Source of the DNA: Novosphingobium sp.
Lineage (GTDB): Bacteria; Pseudomonadota; Alphaproteobacteria; Sphingomonadales; Sphingomonadaceae
Assembly: GCA_031429135.1 (NCBI GenBank)
Contig: JANOYZ010000136.1
Span: forward strand, 1 to 42,424
Reading direction: 5' to 3'
Length of the DNA stretch: 42,424 bases
Shown: positions 1 to 10,100 of the stretch, piece after piece
Layout: every line of letters starts with the position of its first letter
Numbering within the stretch: the stretch's first letter is position 1
Position numbers and translations under genes: made by a program
Notes under the pieces: generated by a model
What the model was told of the DNA's origin: nothing
The model's input: only the letters and a program-made list of their open reading frames with translations
Database searches by the model: none

Positions 1-108
1 TGTGTGTGGACTTCTCCGGGCTCTGATTGCGGGGGTTTGTGTTTTGGCCCTTTGCACAAAATCCCGCCCCGCCTGCCCGTGTCCAAGACCACACACAGGA
101 CTAGCCCC

Positions 109-507
109 ATGCCGCTCCACCTCACCAAAGTCGCCTTCGGCGCGCAGTCGATGGAAGAAATGCACTCCTGGTTCGCCGGACGCGGTGATGAGGCTCTGCT
201 GACCACCCGCTATCTGCCCAAACGGCATGCGGAAATAGTTTCCGGCGGATCACTGTTCTGGATCTACAAGCACCAGCTCGTCGCCCGTTCCCCGATCCTG
301 CGCTTCGCAGAGGCAGAGGGCGGCAAGACCCATATCGTCATTTCAACCGCGCTGATCGACGTCCACCCCAGACCCAAACGCGCGCATCAGGGCTGGCGCT
401 ATCTGGCCGATGAGGATGCCCCGGCTGATCTCGGCGCGGGCGAATCTGCGGGCGATGTGATGCCGGTCGGGCTGGCGGGGGAATTGGCGCGGCTGGGGCT
501 GGTTTAG
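109..507 (+). CDS. DUF1489 family protein
   Basis: ATG at 109 in frame with ORF 4..507; MPLHLTK start, TRYLPKR, GGSLFWI and HQGWRYL motifs recalled for the alphaproteobacterial DUF1489 family. Confidence 0.8.
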   Translation: MPLHLTKVAFGAQSMEEMHSWFAGRGDEALLTTRYLPKRHAEIVSGGSLFWIYKHQLVARSPILRFAEAEGGKTHIVISTALIDVHPRPKRAHQGWRYLADEDAPADLGAGESAGDVMPVGLAGELARLGLV

Positions 508-630
508 GGTCTAGCCAAGTACAGCGCAGGCCGGGGTGGCTAAAACGCGGTGATCGAAATGATATGGAAACCATCTTTCTATAGCTGTTGGAGTCCTCCG
601 GAAATCCTCGCGATCCGGATCGTGCAGGAT

Positions 631-690
631 TTAGAGCGTGATGCGAAAAAGTGGGAGCCGGTTTTTTGCAATAAATCACGGATACTCTAA
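631..690. repeat. Intergenic palindromic repeat, module A alone (CIR/Bru-RS/RIME-like)
   Basis: TTAGAG-CGTGAT-GCGAAAAAG-TGGGAGCCGG-TTTTTTGC-AATAA-ATCACG-GATA-CTCTAA; nested inverted repeats; near-identical to 15081-15126 and 35568-35613. Confidence 0.9.
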
Positions 691-696
691 GTGCCA

Positions 697-1731
697 ATGA
701 AGAAACAGGAGCCGATGACTGGAGACCGACTCTACGGGATGGACGCGCTGCGAGGCATAGCCGCGCTACTCGTCGTCATGGTCCATACCAACGACGAAAC
801 CCTAACGCTCAGCCTGTTCAATCGCGGCTATCTGGCGGTGGACCTTTTTCTGATTCTCAGCGGCTATGTCATCGCCCGCAGTTATGAGGAAAAAATGGCT
901 AACGGCCTCACATTACCTGACTTCCTGCGATGTCGAGTTGGCAGACTGTGGCCTACAGTATTCATTGGTGCCGTAATAGGCTTCCAACCATTCCTTGGTG
1001 ACATGCCGACTTCACTCGCCCTCACCTATCTTGCTATGGTGCTGCTGTTCGTGCCCCGTTTCTCGTCGGATGCAACCACCTTTCCGGCCAATCCGCCGAC
1101 ATGGTCGCTGTTTTTCGAGCTGCTCGTCAATGTCACGCATCACCTCGCCCTGCGATTCATGGGAATCCGGAGTCTGGCTCTGCTCGCGGCAACCTGCGGC
1201 GCCGTGCTGATAACTTTCGCGGAAAACGGCAATGTCGGCTCGACCGGAAAGGACTTCTTGCTGGGCATTCCGCGACTGCTCGGGGCCTATTGCACAGGAA
1301 TCTTGATCTGGCGTCTGCGGCAGGACCGTCCATTGATACCGGGTTGGATCGGTATTGTCCTGCTCCCGGCGGGTATCTTGCTCGCTTCGGTGCTGCCACG
1401 CAGCGCTGGCTGGCCCGATTTTCTTTTCATGTATGCGGCCTGTCCGATCATCGTTCTGAGCGGTTTAGCCCCTCTGCGGTTTCTGAAGACACCTCTGGTA
1501 TTTCTTGGTGAGCTCTCCTTTCCGCTTTATACCGTGCATTATCCCATCCTGCTGATCACTTTGCGCCATGGTGTGGAATGGCCCATCGCTGTCGGGCTGA
1601 CTATTCTGACCGCATGGCTGGTCCAGGCAGTACTCAAAGCAAAACTCTTCCGCGCCGCTTCACCTCTCACCCCCTTGCCTGCCACCACCGCACCAGTTGA
1701 TGCGCAATCGCGGTTACCGGCGGCGCAATAA
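697..1731 (+). CDS. Acyltransferase family 3 (OafA/YrhL-like) membrane O-acyltransferase
   Basis: DALRGIAALLVV-H, GYLAVDLFLILSGYVI, RVGRLWP, WSLFFE, LGELSFPLYTVH motifs; many hydrophobic segments; start could be 691, 697 or 715. Confidence 0.9.
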   Translation: MKKQEPMTGDRLYGMDALRGIAALLVVMVHTNDETLTLSLFNRGYLAVDLFLILSGYVIARSYEEKMANGLTLPDFLRCRVGRLWPTVFIGAVIGFQPFLGDMPTSLALTYLAMVLLFVPRFSSDATTFPANPPTWSLFFELLVNVTHHLALRFMGIRSLALLAATCGAVLITFAENGNVGSTGKDFLLGIPRLLGAYCTGILIWRLRQDRPLIPGWIGIVLLPAGILLASVLPRSAGWPDFLFMYAACPIIVLSGLAPLRFLKTPLVFLGELSFPLYTVHYPILLITLRHGVEWPIAVGLTILTAWLVQAVLKAKLFRAASPLTPLPATTAPVDAQSRLPAAQ

Positions 1732-2530
1732 ACGCCGCATCCGCATCCCCCGCCATCGCGGCTTCCACCTCAGCGCGGGAGAACCAGCGGGCGTCTTCGA
1801 GTTCGTTGCGGTCAAGCGTGATCGCCGGATCATCGGTAAAGGCGTGGCAGCCGATCATCAGCGATGAGGGGAATGGCCAGGGCTGACTGGCAACATAGCT
1901 GACATCACGTGTCCTTATCCCGGCCTCCTCGAGCACCTCGCGCGCCACGGCTTCTTCAATAGTCTCGCCCGGCTCAACGAACCCGGCGAGCGCGGAGAAG
2001 CGGCGTTCGGGGAAGCGGGGCTGGCGGCCCAAGAGCAAGTTCCCCTCATACTCGACCAGCATGATCGTCACCGGATCTGTGCGCGGGAAGTGCTCGGCGG
2101 GGCAGCTTGTGCAGTTGCGTTGCCAGCCGCCTTTGGTGAGCGCGGTTGGCGCGCCACACTGCGCGCAAAAGCGGTGGCGGGCGTGCCAGCCGACCAGTGC
2201 GCGGGCGGTTCCATAAGCGGCCAGTTCCTCGCTCGAGAGCGAGGCCATCGCCTGCCACAGCCGCGGATTCGGCGGAGCAACGTCGCTCCTGCCCGGCACC
2301 GGTGCAAAGTGAGCGCGTCCATCCAGCAGGCCGAGGAAAACCAGCTCGGCATCGGGCGCAGCATCGGCGAGCGATCCCCAGACCAGCCCGCCATCCTCGC
2401 CGATCAGCGGATCAAGCCCCTGCATCAGCAGCAGACGGGCGCGGTGATCCATCAGGGCTGCAAGTGCCGCCGCATCGCCGCGAAGGTGGTCCGCGCGGTC
2501 AATCGGGCTGCCTGAAAAGGCGATGTTCAT
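1667..2530 (-). CDS. nudC: NAD(+) diphosphatase / NADH pyrophosphatase
   Basis: Zn ribbon FCAQCG...CTSC, Nudix box GFVEPGETIEEAVAREVLEEAG, SQPWPFPSS signature. Confidence 0.97.
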   Translation of the reverse strand: MNIAFSGSPIDRADHLRGDAAALAALMDHRARLLLMQGLDPLIGEDGGLVWGSLADAAPDAELVFLGLLDGRAHFAPVPGRSDVAPPNPRLWQAMASLSSEELAAYGTARALVGWHARHRFCAQCGAPTALTKGGWQRNCTSCPAEHFPRTDPVTIMLVEYEGNLLLGRQPRFPERRFSALAGFVEPGETIEEAVAREVLEEAGIRTRDVSYVASQPWPFPSSLMIGCHAFTDDPAITLDRNELEDARWFSRAEVEAAMAGDADAAFIAPPVTAIAHQLVRWWQARG

Positions 2531-3855
2531 CGTGCTCCCCGTTTCAGCCTTGCCAGAGCATCGGCCCGCGCTGCCGCCATGAATTCCTGCTGCACGGGAT
2601 AGACCTGGGGTGGCATGAACTGGGTATACATCGCCGCCCGAAGTCCGATGCGCCGCTGGATGAAAAACAGCGTCCCCGCCGCGCCCGACCAGCCAAACGA
2701 ACCCTCATCCGCCCCCAGACCGACACGCCCGCCCGCGCCAAAGCCCGCGCCTGCCATGCGGGTGCCTTTGGTAACGTCGCCGGGCGGTAGCAGGTTGGAC
2801 ATGGCCAGCCGCACAGCCGAGGCGCTGACCAGTTGGCGACCATCCAGTACGCCCTCGCCCAGCATCAGCGCCATGAAACGGTCAAAATCGCGCGGGCTGA
2901 CCACCAGCCCTGCCCCGCCATATTCAAACGGTTGCTTATCGAGAAACACCGAGCCTTTGGCTTTGTCGAGCGTGAACGGCTTACCTTTGACAATGGCATA
3001 ATTGGCAGTGAAACGGTGTATTTCAGCCTTGGGGAGCTGGAAAAAAGTGCTGGTCATACCGGCGGGGCCGAAGATTCGTTCCTTCAGTATTTCACCCAGC
3101 GGACGGCCCTGATGCCGCGCCAGCACAAGCCCGAGAATATCCATGCTCATCGAATAGCGCCAGACCGTGCCGGGCTCGGCCACCAGAGGCACCTTGGCGG
3201 TCTCGCGCAGGAAATCGTCAGCGGCGGGAGTGGGCACCAGCGAAGTGACGCCAGCAATCTTGCGCCGGGTGATCGCCCCCGGTGACAGACCCCGGCGCAA
3301 AAGCTCGGCGCTGACCTTCTCCTGGCCGACGCTGGCATAACCGAATCCGGCGGTATGGGTGAGCAGGTGGCGGATTGTGATCGGTACGGCGGCGGCGCGC
3401 GATTCCAGACCTACCAGCGGATCGATCGCCACCTGCATCGCGGAAAATTCGGAGCAGATATCGGCCAGCTTCGTCTCCAGCGAAAGCTTGCCCTCGTCGA
3501 TCAGCATGGCGGTGAGCAGGCCGGTGACCGGCTTGGTCATCGAATAGATGCGAAACAGGCTGTCCGCATCGAGCGCCTGTTTCTGGTCCATCGCGCCGCT
3601 GCCGAGCGTCAGCATTTGTGCCGGGGATTTGCCCCAGCCAAAGGTGCTGACAATCCCCGCCAGTTTTTTGGCATCGACATAGCGGTGCATCAGCGCAGCA
3701 ACGGCAGGCCAGTCAGCCTCGGCAGTGGGCGACAGAACTGCGTCAGCCGCCCAGCTGAGCGCCGGGTTCAGCGCCAGCCAAGCACCTGCACCTGCGCCAA
3801 ACGTACCGCGCAGCAGTTCGCGCCGGGTAAACGGTGTAATGTCAACTGGATTCAT
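2527..3855 (-). CDS. Tat-exported serine hydrolase (class C beta-lactamase/esterase family)
   Basis: TRRELL twin-arginine motif, FRIYSMTK (SxxK), LLTHTAG, PGTVWRYS, WSGAAGT; 4-nt overlaps with mutY and nudC. Confidence 0.9.
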   Translation of the reverse strand: MNPVDITPFTRRELLRGTFGAGAGAWLALNPALSWAADAVLSPTAEADWPAVAALMHRYVDAKKLAGIVSTFGWGKSPAQMLTLGSGAMDQKQALDADSLFRIYSMTKPVTGLLTAMLIDEGKLSLETKLADICSEFSAMQVAIDPLVGLESRAAAVPITIRHLLTHTAGFGYASVGQEKVSAELLRRGLSPGAITRRKIAGVTSLVPTPAADDFLRETAKVPLVAEPGTVWRYSMSMDILGLVLARHQGRPLGEILKERIFGPAGMTSTFFQLPKAEIHRFTANYAIVKGKPFTLDKAKGSVFLDKQPFEYGGAGLVVSPRDFDRFMALMLGEGVLDGRQLVSASAVRLAMSNLLPPGDVTKGTRMAGAGFGAGGRVGLGADEGSFGWSGAAGTLFFIQRRIGLRAAMYTQFMPPQVYPVQQEFMAAARADALARLKRGAR

Positions 3856-4919
3856 AACTCTTCCCGTACATTCATCGCCAGCCGCGCCGCCTTGGCGAAC
3901 AGGCTGGGGAGCCCTGCCTCATCCAATCGCTCAAGCGGCCACCATTGGCCCTCATCGCCCGCTAACCTGTTGCCTAACCTATCGCAGTCCGCGCCGGAAT
4001 ACAGCAGGAGTTGCAAGGTCAGTGAAAAGTGCGTGAAAACATGGGCAACCGAGCCAAGGCTGAGCCATTCGCCAGCTATCGGCGGTGTGCCGATACCGTC
4101 GCTGCGCGCTGACCAGCGGTCATCGGGCAAGCCCAGCATCCCACCCAGCATGCCGCGCCCCGCGCGGCGCACCAGCCAGACCGCGCCATCACGCTCGATC
4201 CAGAACGCGTGGCCGCTGCGCGCGGGTTTCGGCTGCTTCTGCGGCTTGACCGGCAGGCGCTCAGCATCGCCACTGGCACGCGCCGTGCAATCTCCGGCAA
4301 GCGGACAAAGCTGGCAGCGCGGCCTGCGCGCAGTGCAGATGGTAGCACCAAGGTCCATCATCGCCTGAGCAAAATCGCCGGCGCGCTCGTCTGGCGTGAT
4401 CCGGTCGGCGGCGTCGCGAATAGCGCCCCTTGACCTCGGCAGCGGATCGGTAATGGCGAAAAGCCGCGCCACAACACGCTCGACATTGGCATCGACCACC
4501 ACCGCTCGCTGGCCAAAGGCAATCGCTGCAACCGCCGCTGCGGTGTAGGCACCAAGCCCGGGAAGCTCGCGCAAGCCAGCCTCGGTTTGCGGGAACGCTC
4601 CCCCGCGCACTGCCACCGCCCTGGCGCAGGCGATCAGATTGCGGGCGCGGGCATAATAGCCCAGCCCAGCCCATGCCGCCATAACCTCGGCTTCAGCGGC
4701 GGCGGCAAGCGTCTCGACCGTCGGCCAGCGGGTGGTGAAACGCGCAAAATAGGGCGCGACGGCAGCAGTGGTCGTCTGCTGCAACATCACTTCGGACAGC
4801 CAGACGCGGTAGGGATCAGGTGGCGGCAATCCCGGCGGCTCGCGCCATGGCAGCGCGCGGGCGTGGGCATCATACCAGCCGAGCAATGTGGCACTTATGG
4901 TCTCTGCGCTGGCATCCAT
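3852..4919 (-). CDS. mutY: A/G-specific adenine glycosylase
   Basis: LPWR, PYRVWLSEVMLQQT, WAGLGYYARARNL, HhH LPGLGAYTA, VVDANVERV, 4Fe-4S C-x6-C-x2-C-x5-C, HVFTHF; start set at ATG 4919. Confidence 0.96.
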   Translation of the reverse strand: MDASAETISATLLGWYDAHARALPWREPPGLPPPDPYRVWLSEVMLQQTTTAAVAPYFARFTTRWPTVETLAAAAEAEVMAAWAGLGYYARARNLIACARAVAVRGGAFPQTEAGLRELPGLGAYTAAAVAAIAFGQRAVVVDANVERVVARLFAITDPLPRSRGAIRDAADRITPDERAGDFAQAMMDLGATICTARRPRCQLCPLAGDCTARASGDAERLPVKPQKQPKPARSGHAFWIERDGAVWLVRRAGRGMLGGMLGLPDDRWSARSDGIGTPPIAGEWLSLGSVAHVFTHFSLTLQLLLYSGADCDRLGNRLAGDEGQWWPLERLDEAGLPSLFAKAARLAMNVREEL

Positions 4920-4948
4920 CGCCGCGCTATGGCATTGCCAGCGCCGCA

Positions 4949-5521
4949 ATGGAACGGGACAGCGACAGCAAAGGCAAGAGCCAGCCCAGCATCGGGGCCA
5001 AAACCGGGCCCAAAGCAGGACGTCACTATGAACGGTCACGCGGCGGACAGGCACGGGCGATATCCGATCTCATGCCCGAGATTGGCCGCACTGCCTTTCG
5101 CCGCTTCGGCTTTGTCCAGTCGAGCGTCGTCACCCGCTGGCCCGAGATTGTCGGCGAGCGTCACGCCCGCGTCTGCGCTCCAGAGGCGATCCGCTTTGCG
5201 CCGGGGGCCAAGGCCGATGGTATCCTCGATCTGGTTGTCGTGCCCGCTCATGCGCCGATGATCCAGCATGTGATTCCCGAGATCATCGAGCGGGTGAACC
5301 GCTTTTTCGGCTATAGTGCAGTGGCACGGGTGAAAATCCGGCAAGGCGGCGTTAAGCTGCCTTCTGCTGAAAAGTCCGCCGCCCAGCCGCCAAGCCTGCG
5401 CCCGATCCCGATCGAACTGGGTGAAAGTTTGCGCGATATCGGCGATGGCGAGCTGCGCACTGTGCTCGAATCGCTGGCCAGAAGCCTTGATGCCAATTCC
5501 AACAACGGAAAACCAGAATGA
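4949..5521 (+). CDS. DUF721 / DciA family protein
   Basis: RRFGF...RWPEIVGE, IQHVIPEIIERVNRFFGYSAVARVKIRQG; divergent from mutY and upstream of dsbA-smc as usual in Alphaproteobacteria; ATG 4949. Confidence 0.85.
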   Translation: MERDSDSKGKSQPSIGAKTGPKAGRHYERSRGGQARAISDLMPEIGRTAFRRFGFVQSSVVTRWPEIVGERHARVCAPEAIRFAPGAKADGILDLVVVPAHAPMIQHVIPEIIERVNRFFGYSAVARVKIRQGGVKLPSAEKSAAQPPSLRPIPIELGESLRDIGDGELRTVLESLARSLDANSNNGKPE

Positions 5522-6207
5522 CCTCGCTCTCCCGGACCTTAGCCATCGCCGCCGCCGCGCTGCTTTCAATCGGTGCCACCAAGCCGGCACCGCCAGCAGC
5601 CAAAGCGAACTGGCTGATTACAGTTTCCACCACTCCGACTGGCGGCCATATTGTCGGCAATCCCGATGGCGGAGTGAAGCTGGTCGAATATGTCAGCTAC
5701 ACCTGTTCGCATTGCGCGGAATTTGATGTCGAGGCAAAAGGCGAACTGGTCGTGGGCCTGGTCAAACCCGGCAAGGGCTCGATCGAATATCGTCCGTTCT
5801 TCCGCAACATCATCGATGTCACCAGCACACTGCTGGTCAATTGCGGACCGCCGACAAAATTTCAGGGCAATCATTCTGTGGTGCTAAGCGCGCAGAAAAA
5901 ATGGCTGGTCGATCCCAGTGAAGCCCAGCAAAAACGATGGACAACGGGTGATTTCGGCACCCGAATGCGCGCTATTGCCGGCGACATGAAGCTATACCCG
6001 CTGTTTGAAGCGCGCGGTTACCGGCGGGTCGAACTTGATCGCTGCCTGGCTGACAAGGCGCTGGCGCAGCAGATCGCCGATGAAAACAAAAACGCCTCCG
6101 AGGTAATCGGCATCACCGGCACCCCCAGCTTTCTGCTCAACGGCACACTTCAGCATGTCCATGGCTGGGCAGAACTGCGGCCTTTGCTGATGGCGGTGAC
6201 ACGATAG
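5518..6207 (+). CDS. DsbA-family thioredoxin-fold protein
   Basis: Signal peptide, GNPDGGVKLVEYVSYTCSHC (CxxC), ITGTPSFLLNG cis-Pro loop. Confidence 0.92.
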   Translation: MTSLSRTLAIAAAALLSIGATKPAPPAAKANWLITVSTTPTGGHIVGNPDGGVKLVEYVSYTCSHCAEFDVEAKGELVVGLVKPGKGSIEYRPFFRNIIDVTSTLLVNCGPPTKFQGNHSVVLSAQKKWLVDPSEAQQKRWTTGDFGTRMRAIAGDMKLYPLFEARGYRRVELDRCLADKALAQQIADENKNASEVIGITGTPSFLLNGTLQHVHGWAELRPLLMAVTR

Positions 6208-6324
6208 CTATATGACACCATGGCGATCTTGTGGAGATGTCTGGGGGTTGGCGATGTGCTGCCCTTTCCCCGGCACCGCCCATTCGCTAGATTTTTGAAC
6301 CTGACTTCCGAAAGGATATTTCCG

Positions 6325-7089
6325 ATGGCCAAGCGATTCTCACACCCTGTCCTGATTGCCGCCGCGCTTGCCCCGCTGGTGCTCGGCCTTGCCGCTTGCA
6401 AGAAGGAAGGCGGCGAGGCCGCGCCAACCACCTCCTCCACCCCTCTCGCCAAAGTGGCCGCGCCAGCGGGCAAGGCCTGGATCGACATGGTCGAGACCAA
6501 TGCCGAAGGCGGCTATGTCCTGGGCAACCCCAATGCGCCGGTCAAGGTGCTGGAATACGGATCGCTGTCCTGCCCGCACTGCGCGGCACTCGGACAAGCG
6601 GGATTCGGCACCCTGATCAACACATATGTCGCCAGTGGCCGCGTCTCGCTTGAATTCCGCAGCTTTGCCATCCATCCGATCGACATTCCCCTGACCCTGC
6701 TGGCTACCTGCGGCGACAAGCAGAGCTTTTTCCCGCTGGTTGAGCAGGTCTATGGCAACTTCGAAGCGGTGATGACCAAGGCCCAGAGCCCCGAGGCCAT
6801 GCAAAAGGGACAGAACGCCATGACCCTGCCCGAAAAGGAGCGCTTCGTTGTCGCCGCCCGCGAACAAGGTCTGACCGAATTTTTCGCCCAGCGCGGAATT
6901 TCGGTCGATCAGGCCAATGTCTGCCTTGCCAATTTTGACAAGGCAAATGCCATCGCCAAACTCGCCGATGATTATGGCAACAAGGGCATCACCTCGACGC
7001 CGACGCTTTTGATCAACGGCAGCAAGCTTGAATCGACGACCTGGCCTGAACTGAACGCTGCCCTGCAGCGCGCGGGTGTGCGCGACTAA
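6325..7089 (+). CDS. DsbA-family thioredoxin-fold lipoprotein
   Basis: AAGGA RBS then ATG 6325; lipobox LAAC; GNPNAPVKVLEYGSLSCPHC; ITSTPTLLING. Confidence 0.92.
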   Translation: MAKRFSHPVLIAAALAPLVLGLAACKKEGGEAAPTTSSTPLAKVAAPAGKAWIDMVETNAEGGYVLGNPNAPVKVLEYGSLSCPHCAALGQAGFGTLINTYVASGRVSLEFRSFAIHPIDIPLTLLATCGDKQSFFPLVEQVYGNFEAVMTKAQSPEAMQKGQNAMTLPEKERFVVAAREQGLTEFFAQRGISVDQANVCLANFDKANAIAKLADDYGNKGITSTPTLLINGSKLESTTWPELNAALQRAGVRD

Positions 7090-7121
7090 AGCCAGATCCA
7101 AGGGGGCAAGCGAACCAGTCG

Positions 7122-10100
7122 ATGCGCATCAAGCGGCTCAGGCTCACGGGATTCAAGAGCTTTGTCGAGCCGGCTGACCTGCGCATTGAAGTGGGGCTGA
7201 CCGGGGTAGTTGGCCCCAACGGTTGCGGAAAATCGAACCTGCTGGAAGCGATCCGCTGGGTCATGGGTGAAAACTCGCCCAAAAGCCTGCGCAGTGGCGG
7301 CATGGACGATGTCATTTTTGCCGGCACCGCGCAGCGCCCGGCACGTGACTTTGCCGAGGTCGTGCTGCACGCCGAGGACAGCGAGGGTGACGAGCTGGAA
7401 GTCGTGCGCCGGATCGAACGCGGCGCGGGCAGTGCCTACCGGGTCAATGGCCGCGATGTCCGCGCCAAGGATGTCAGCCTCGTCTTCGCCGATGCCGCCA
7501 CTGGCGCGCATAGCCCGGCGCTGGTCAGTCAGGGCAAGATCGCCGCAGTCATCGCCGCCAAGCCCGCCGAACGCCGCCAGATGCTCGAAGAAGCGGCGGG
7601 CATCGCCGGACTGCATGTACGCCGCAAGGATGCCGAGCAGAAACTGCGCGCCACCGAAGCCAACCTGGCGCGGCTTCAAGACATCATGGGTCAGCTCGAT
7701 CAGCAGATCAGCGTCCTGCGCCGCCAGGCTCGGGCTGCTGAGCGTTATATCGCGGTGTCTGACAAGATCAGGCTGGCAGAGGCCCGGCTGGTCTTTGCTC
7801 GCTGGCGCGATGCCGCTGCTGCTGCCGATGCCGCCAGAGCCGAAGCAAGCGGTGCCGAAGCGCGGGTGGCTCAGGCGCAAGGAGTGATGAAGGCGGCGCA
7901 GGAAGCCCAAGGCACCCTGGCGCAAAAACTGGTCGATGCCCGCGATGAACTGGCTGACCGCCGCGATGATGCTTCGGCGCATGGTCACCGTCAGGCCTCG
8001 CTCACCAGCCAGCTTGAAGCGGCTGAGGAGCGCCTGAAGGATCTCGACCGCCAACGTACCCGACTCGAGGAGGATCGCGGCGATGCTGACCGGCTGACCC
8101 ACGATGCCGCCGATGCGCTGGCGCGGCTGGAGAAGGAACTGGCCGAGGGGCAGGCGGCGCTCACCCGCGATGAGGCGCGGCGGCCTGAACTTGTGAATGC
8201 GCTCGACAATGCCGATCGCGCCGCGCGCACCGCCGAGCTGACTTTGGCACAAGCCACAGCCGCGCAAGCCGGGGTAGAGGCGGAGTGGCGCGTCGCCGAA
8301 GCCGAACTAGCCGGAACTGAGCAGCGCCTTGCCCGCCTTGCGAATGAGGTGGCGCGGCAGGAGGATTTGCGCTCTGCGCTCACCCGCGAAGGTGATCCTG
8401 ATACAGCATTGAAAACCGCCAATGCCGGGCGGCTGGCCAAGGAACACGCGCTGGCCGAAGCGCGCGCCGCGCTTGAAGCGCAACAGGCGCGCAAAGCCGA
8501 ACTGCAAGTGCTGCGCGACACAGCTTCCAGCGCGTTGGCCACTGCTAAAGCCGAACTGGCGGGAATCGAACGCGAACATGGCGCGCTGCTGCGTGATCGT
8601 GAGGCGCGCGCACGGCAAGCCAAGGGTTCGCACGGCTTGCCGCAAGCTCTGGACAAATTGCGCGCAGAACCCGGCTATGAACGCGCGCTCGCCGCCGTGC
8701 TGGGCCGCGATGCCAAGTCTCCCTTGGGCGAAGCACCGGACGATATGGAAGGCCGCTTCTGGTCAGGGGCCAAGGCACCAGCTCCGGTGAAAGACAACCT
8801 TGCCGCCCATGTTCCCACCTGCCCGCCACAACTGGCTGCGCGACTGGCGCTGGTGCATGTGGTTGAGAGTGACGATAACCGTGCGCTGGTTCCCGGCGAA
8901 TGGCTGGTCACCCGCGCCGGGGCACTGCGCCGCTGGGATGGCTTTGTCGCGCGTGGTGAAGGTGCTGCCGAAGCGGCGCGGCTTGAGGCAGAGAACCGCT
9001 TTGCCGCGCTTGAGGCAGAGCTTCCGGCGAAACGGGCAGCCGCCAGTGAAGCGGAGGCCACCGCTCAAGCAGTGCAGAGCGAACTTGGCGCATTGCAGCT
9101 GACCGTGATCGCCTCGGAACGCACCGTCGCCGCCGCTGCCGATGCCGAACGCACCGCGCTGCGCGCGCTCGATCAGGCCGAGGCTGCCAAAGCCCGGCTT
9201 GAGGCACGGCGCGAGGAACTTGCCGCCGCCGCGCTCGATCTTGCCGATCAGCGCCGTCAGGTCGAAACCGAGCGTGATAGCGCCGCTAGTCGCCGCGCCG
9301 TTCTCCCCGATCCCGAAAGCGGCCGTGCCCAGCTCGCCGCCGCGCAAGGCAAGCATGATGCCGCGCGGCAGGCGATGCAGGCAAGCATGGCGGCGCTGGC
9401 AGCGCATGATCAGGCTCTCGCCGTGGCGCGCGAGCGGACCAGTGCCCAGCGCACCGAGATCGGCGGATGGCGGACCCGCGCCGGCGATGCTGCGAACCGG
9501 CTGGCAGCAATGACCCGCCGCTTTGAAGAAATCGAGCAGGAGCGCGCTGTGGTTGCCGCCAAGCCGCCTTCGCTGCTACGCGAGATCGAGGAAGGCGATG
9601 CCATCCGCATGCGGCTTAGCGCCGAACTCGCCGCCGCCGAAACTGCTGTCGCCACCATTGGCGATGAGGCGCGGCAGGCCGACACCGCCTTTGCCGCTGT
9701 CAATGAAGTGCTCGCCTCAGCCCGCGAATCGCGCGCCGGGGCGGCGGCCCGCGCCGAAAACGAGGAAGAGCGCCGCGCCGAAATGGGTCGCATCTCGGGC
9801 GAACGCTTCCAGTGTCCGCCGCCGCTGCTGCCCGAGCGTTTCGCTTTTGACGGTGAGTCAGTCGCCGCCAGTGCCGAAGAATCGGCCATGATGGACCGGC
9901 TGACAGCCGAGCGCGAACGGCTTGGTCCGGTCAATCTCGTCGCCGCCGAAGAACTCACCCAAGCCGAGGCAAGGCACGGCACCAGCATCGCCGAGCAGGC
10001 CGAACTGGCTGAGGCGGTCAACCGCCTGCGCGGTTCGATCGGCAATCTCAACCGTGAAGGCCGCGAACGTCTGCGCGCCGCTTTCGAGGCGGTCGACGGT

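Noticed and set aside
508-630. Possible ncRNA in the gap after DUF1489 (weak TAGCCA/TGGCTA pairing)
   Set aside because: Only a 6-bp stem and no recognisable family; cannot be supported by eye
7086-8267. 393-aa minus-strand ORF and other long ORFs opposite smc
   Set aside because: Antisense shadows of a GC-rich, codon-biased gene; no motifs
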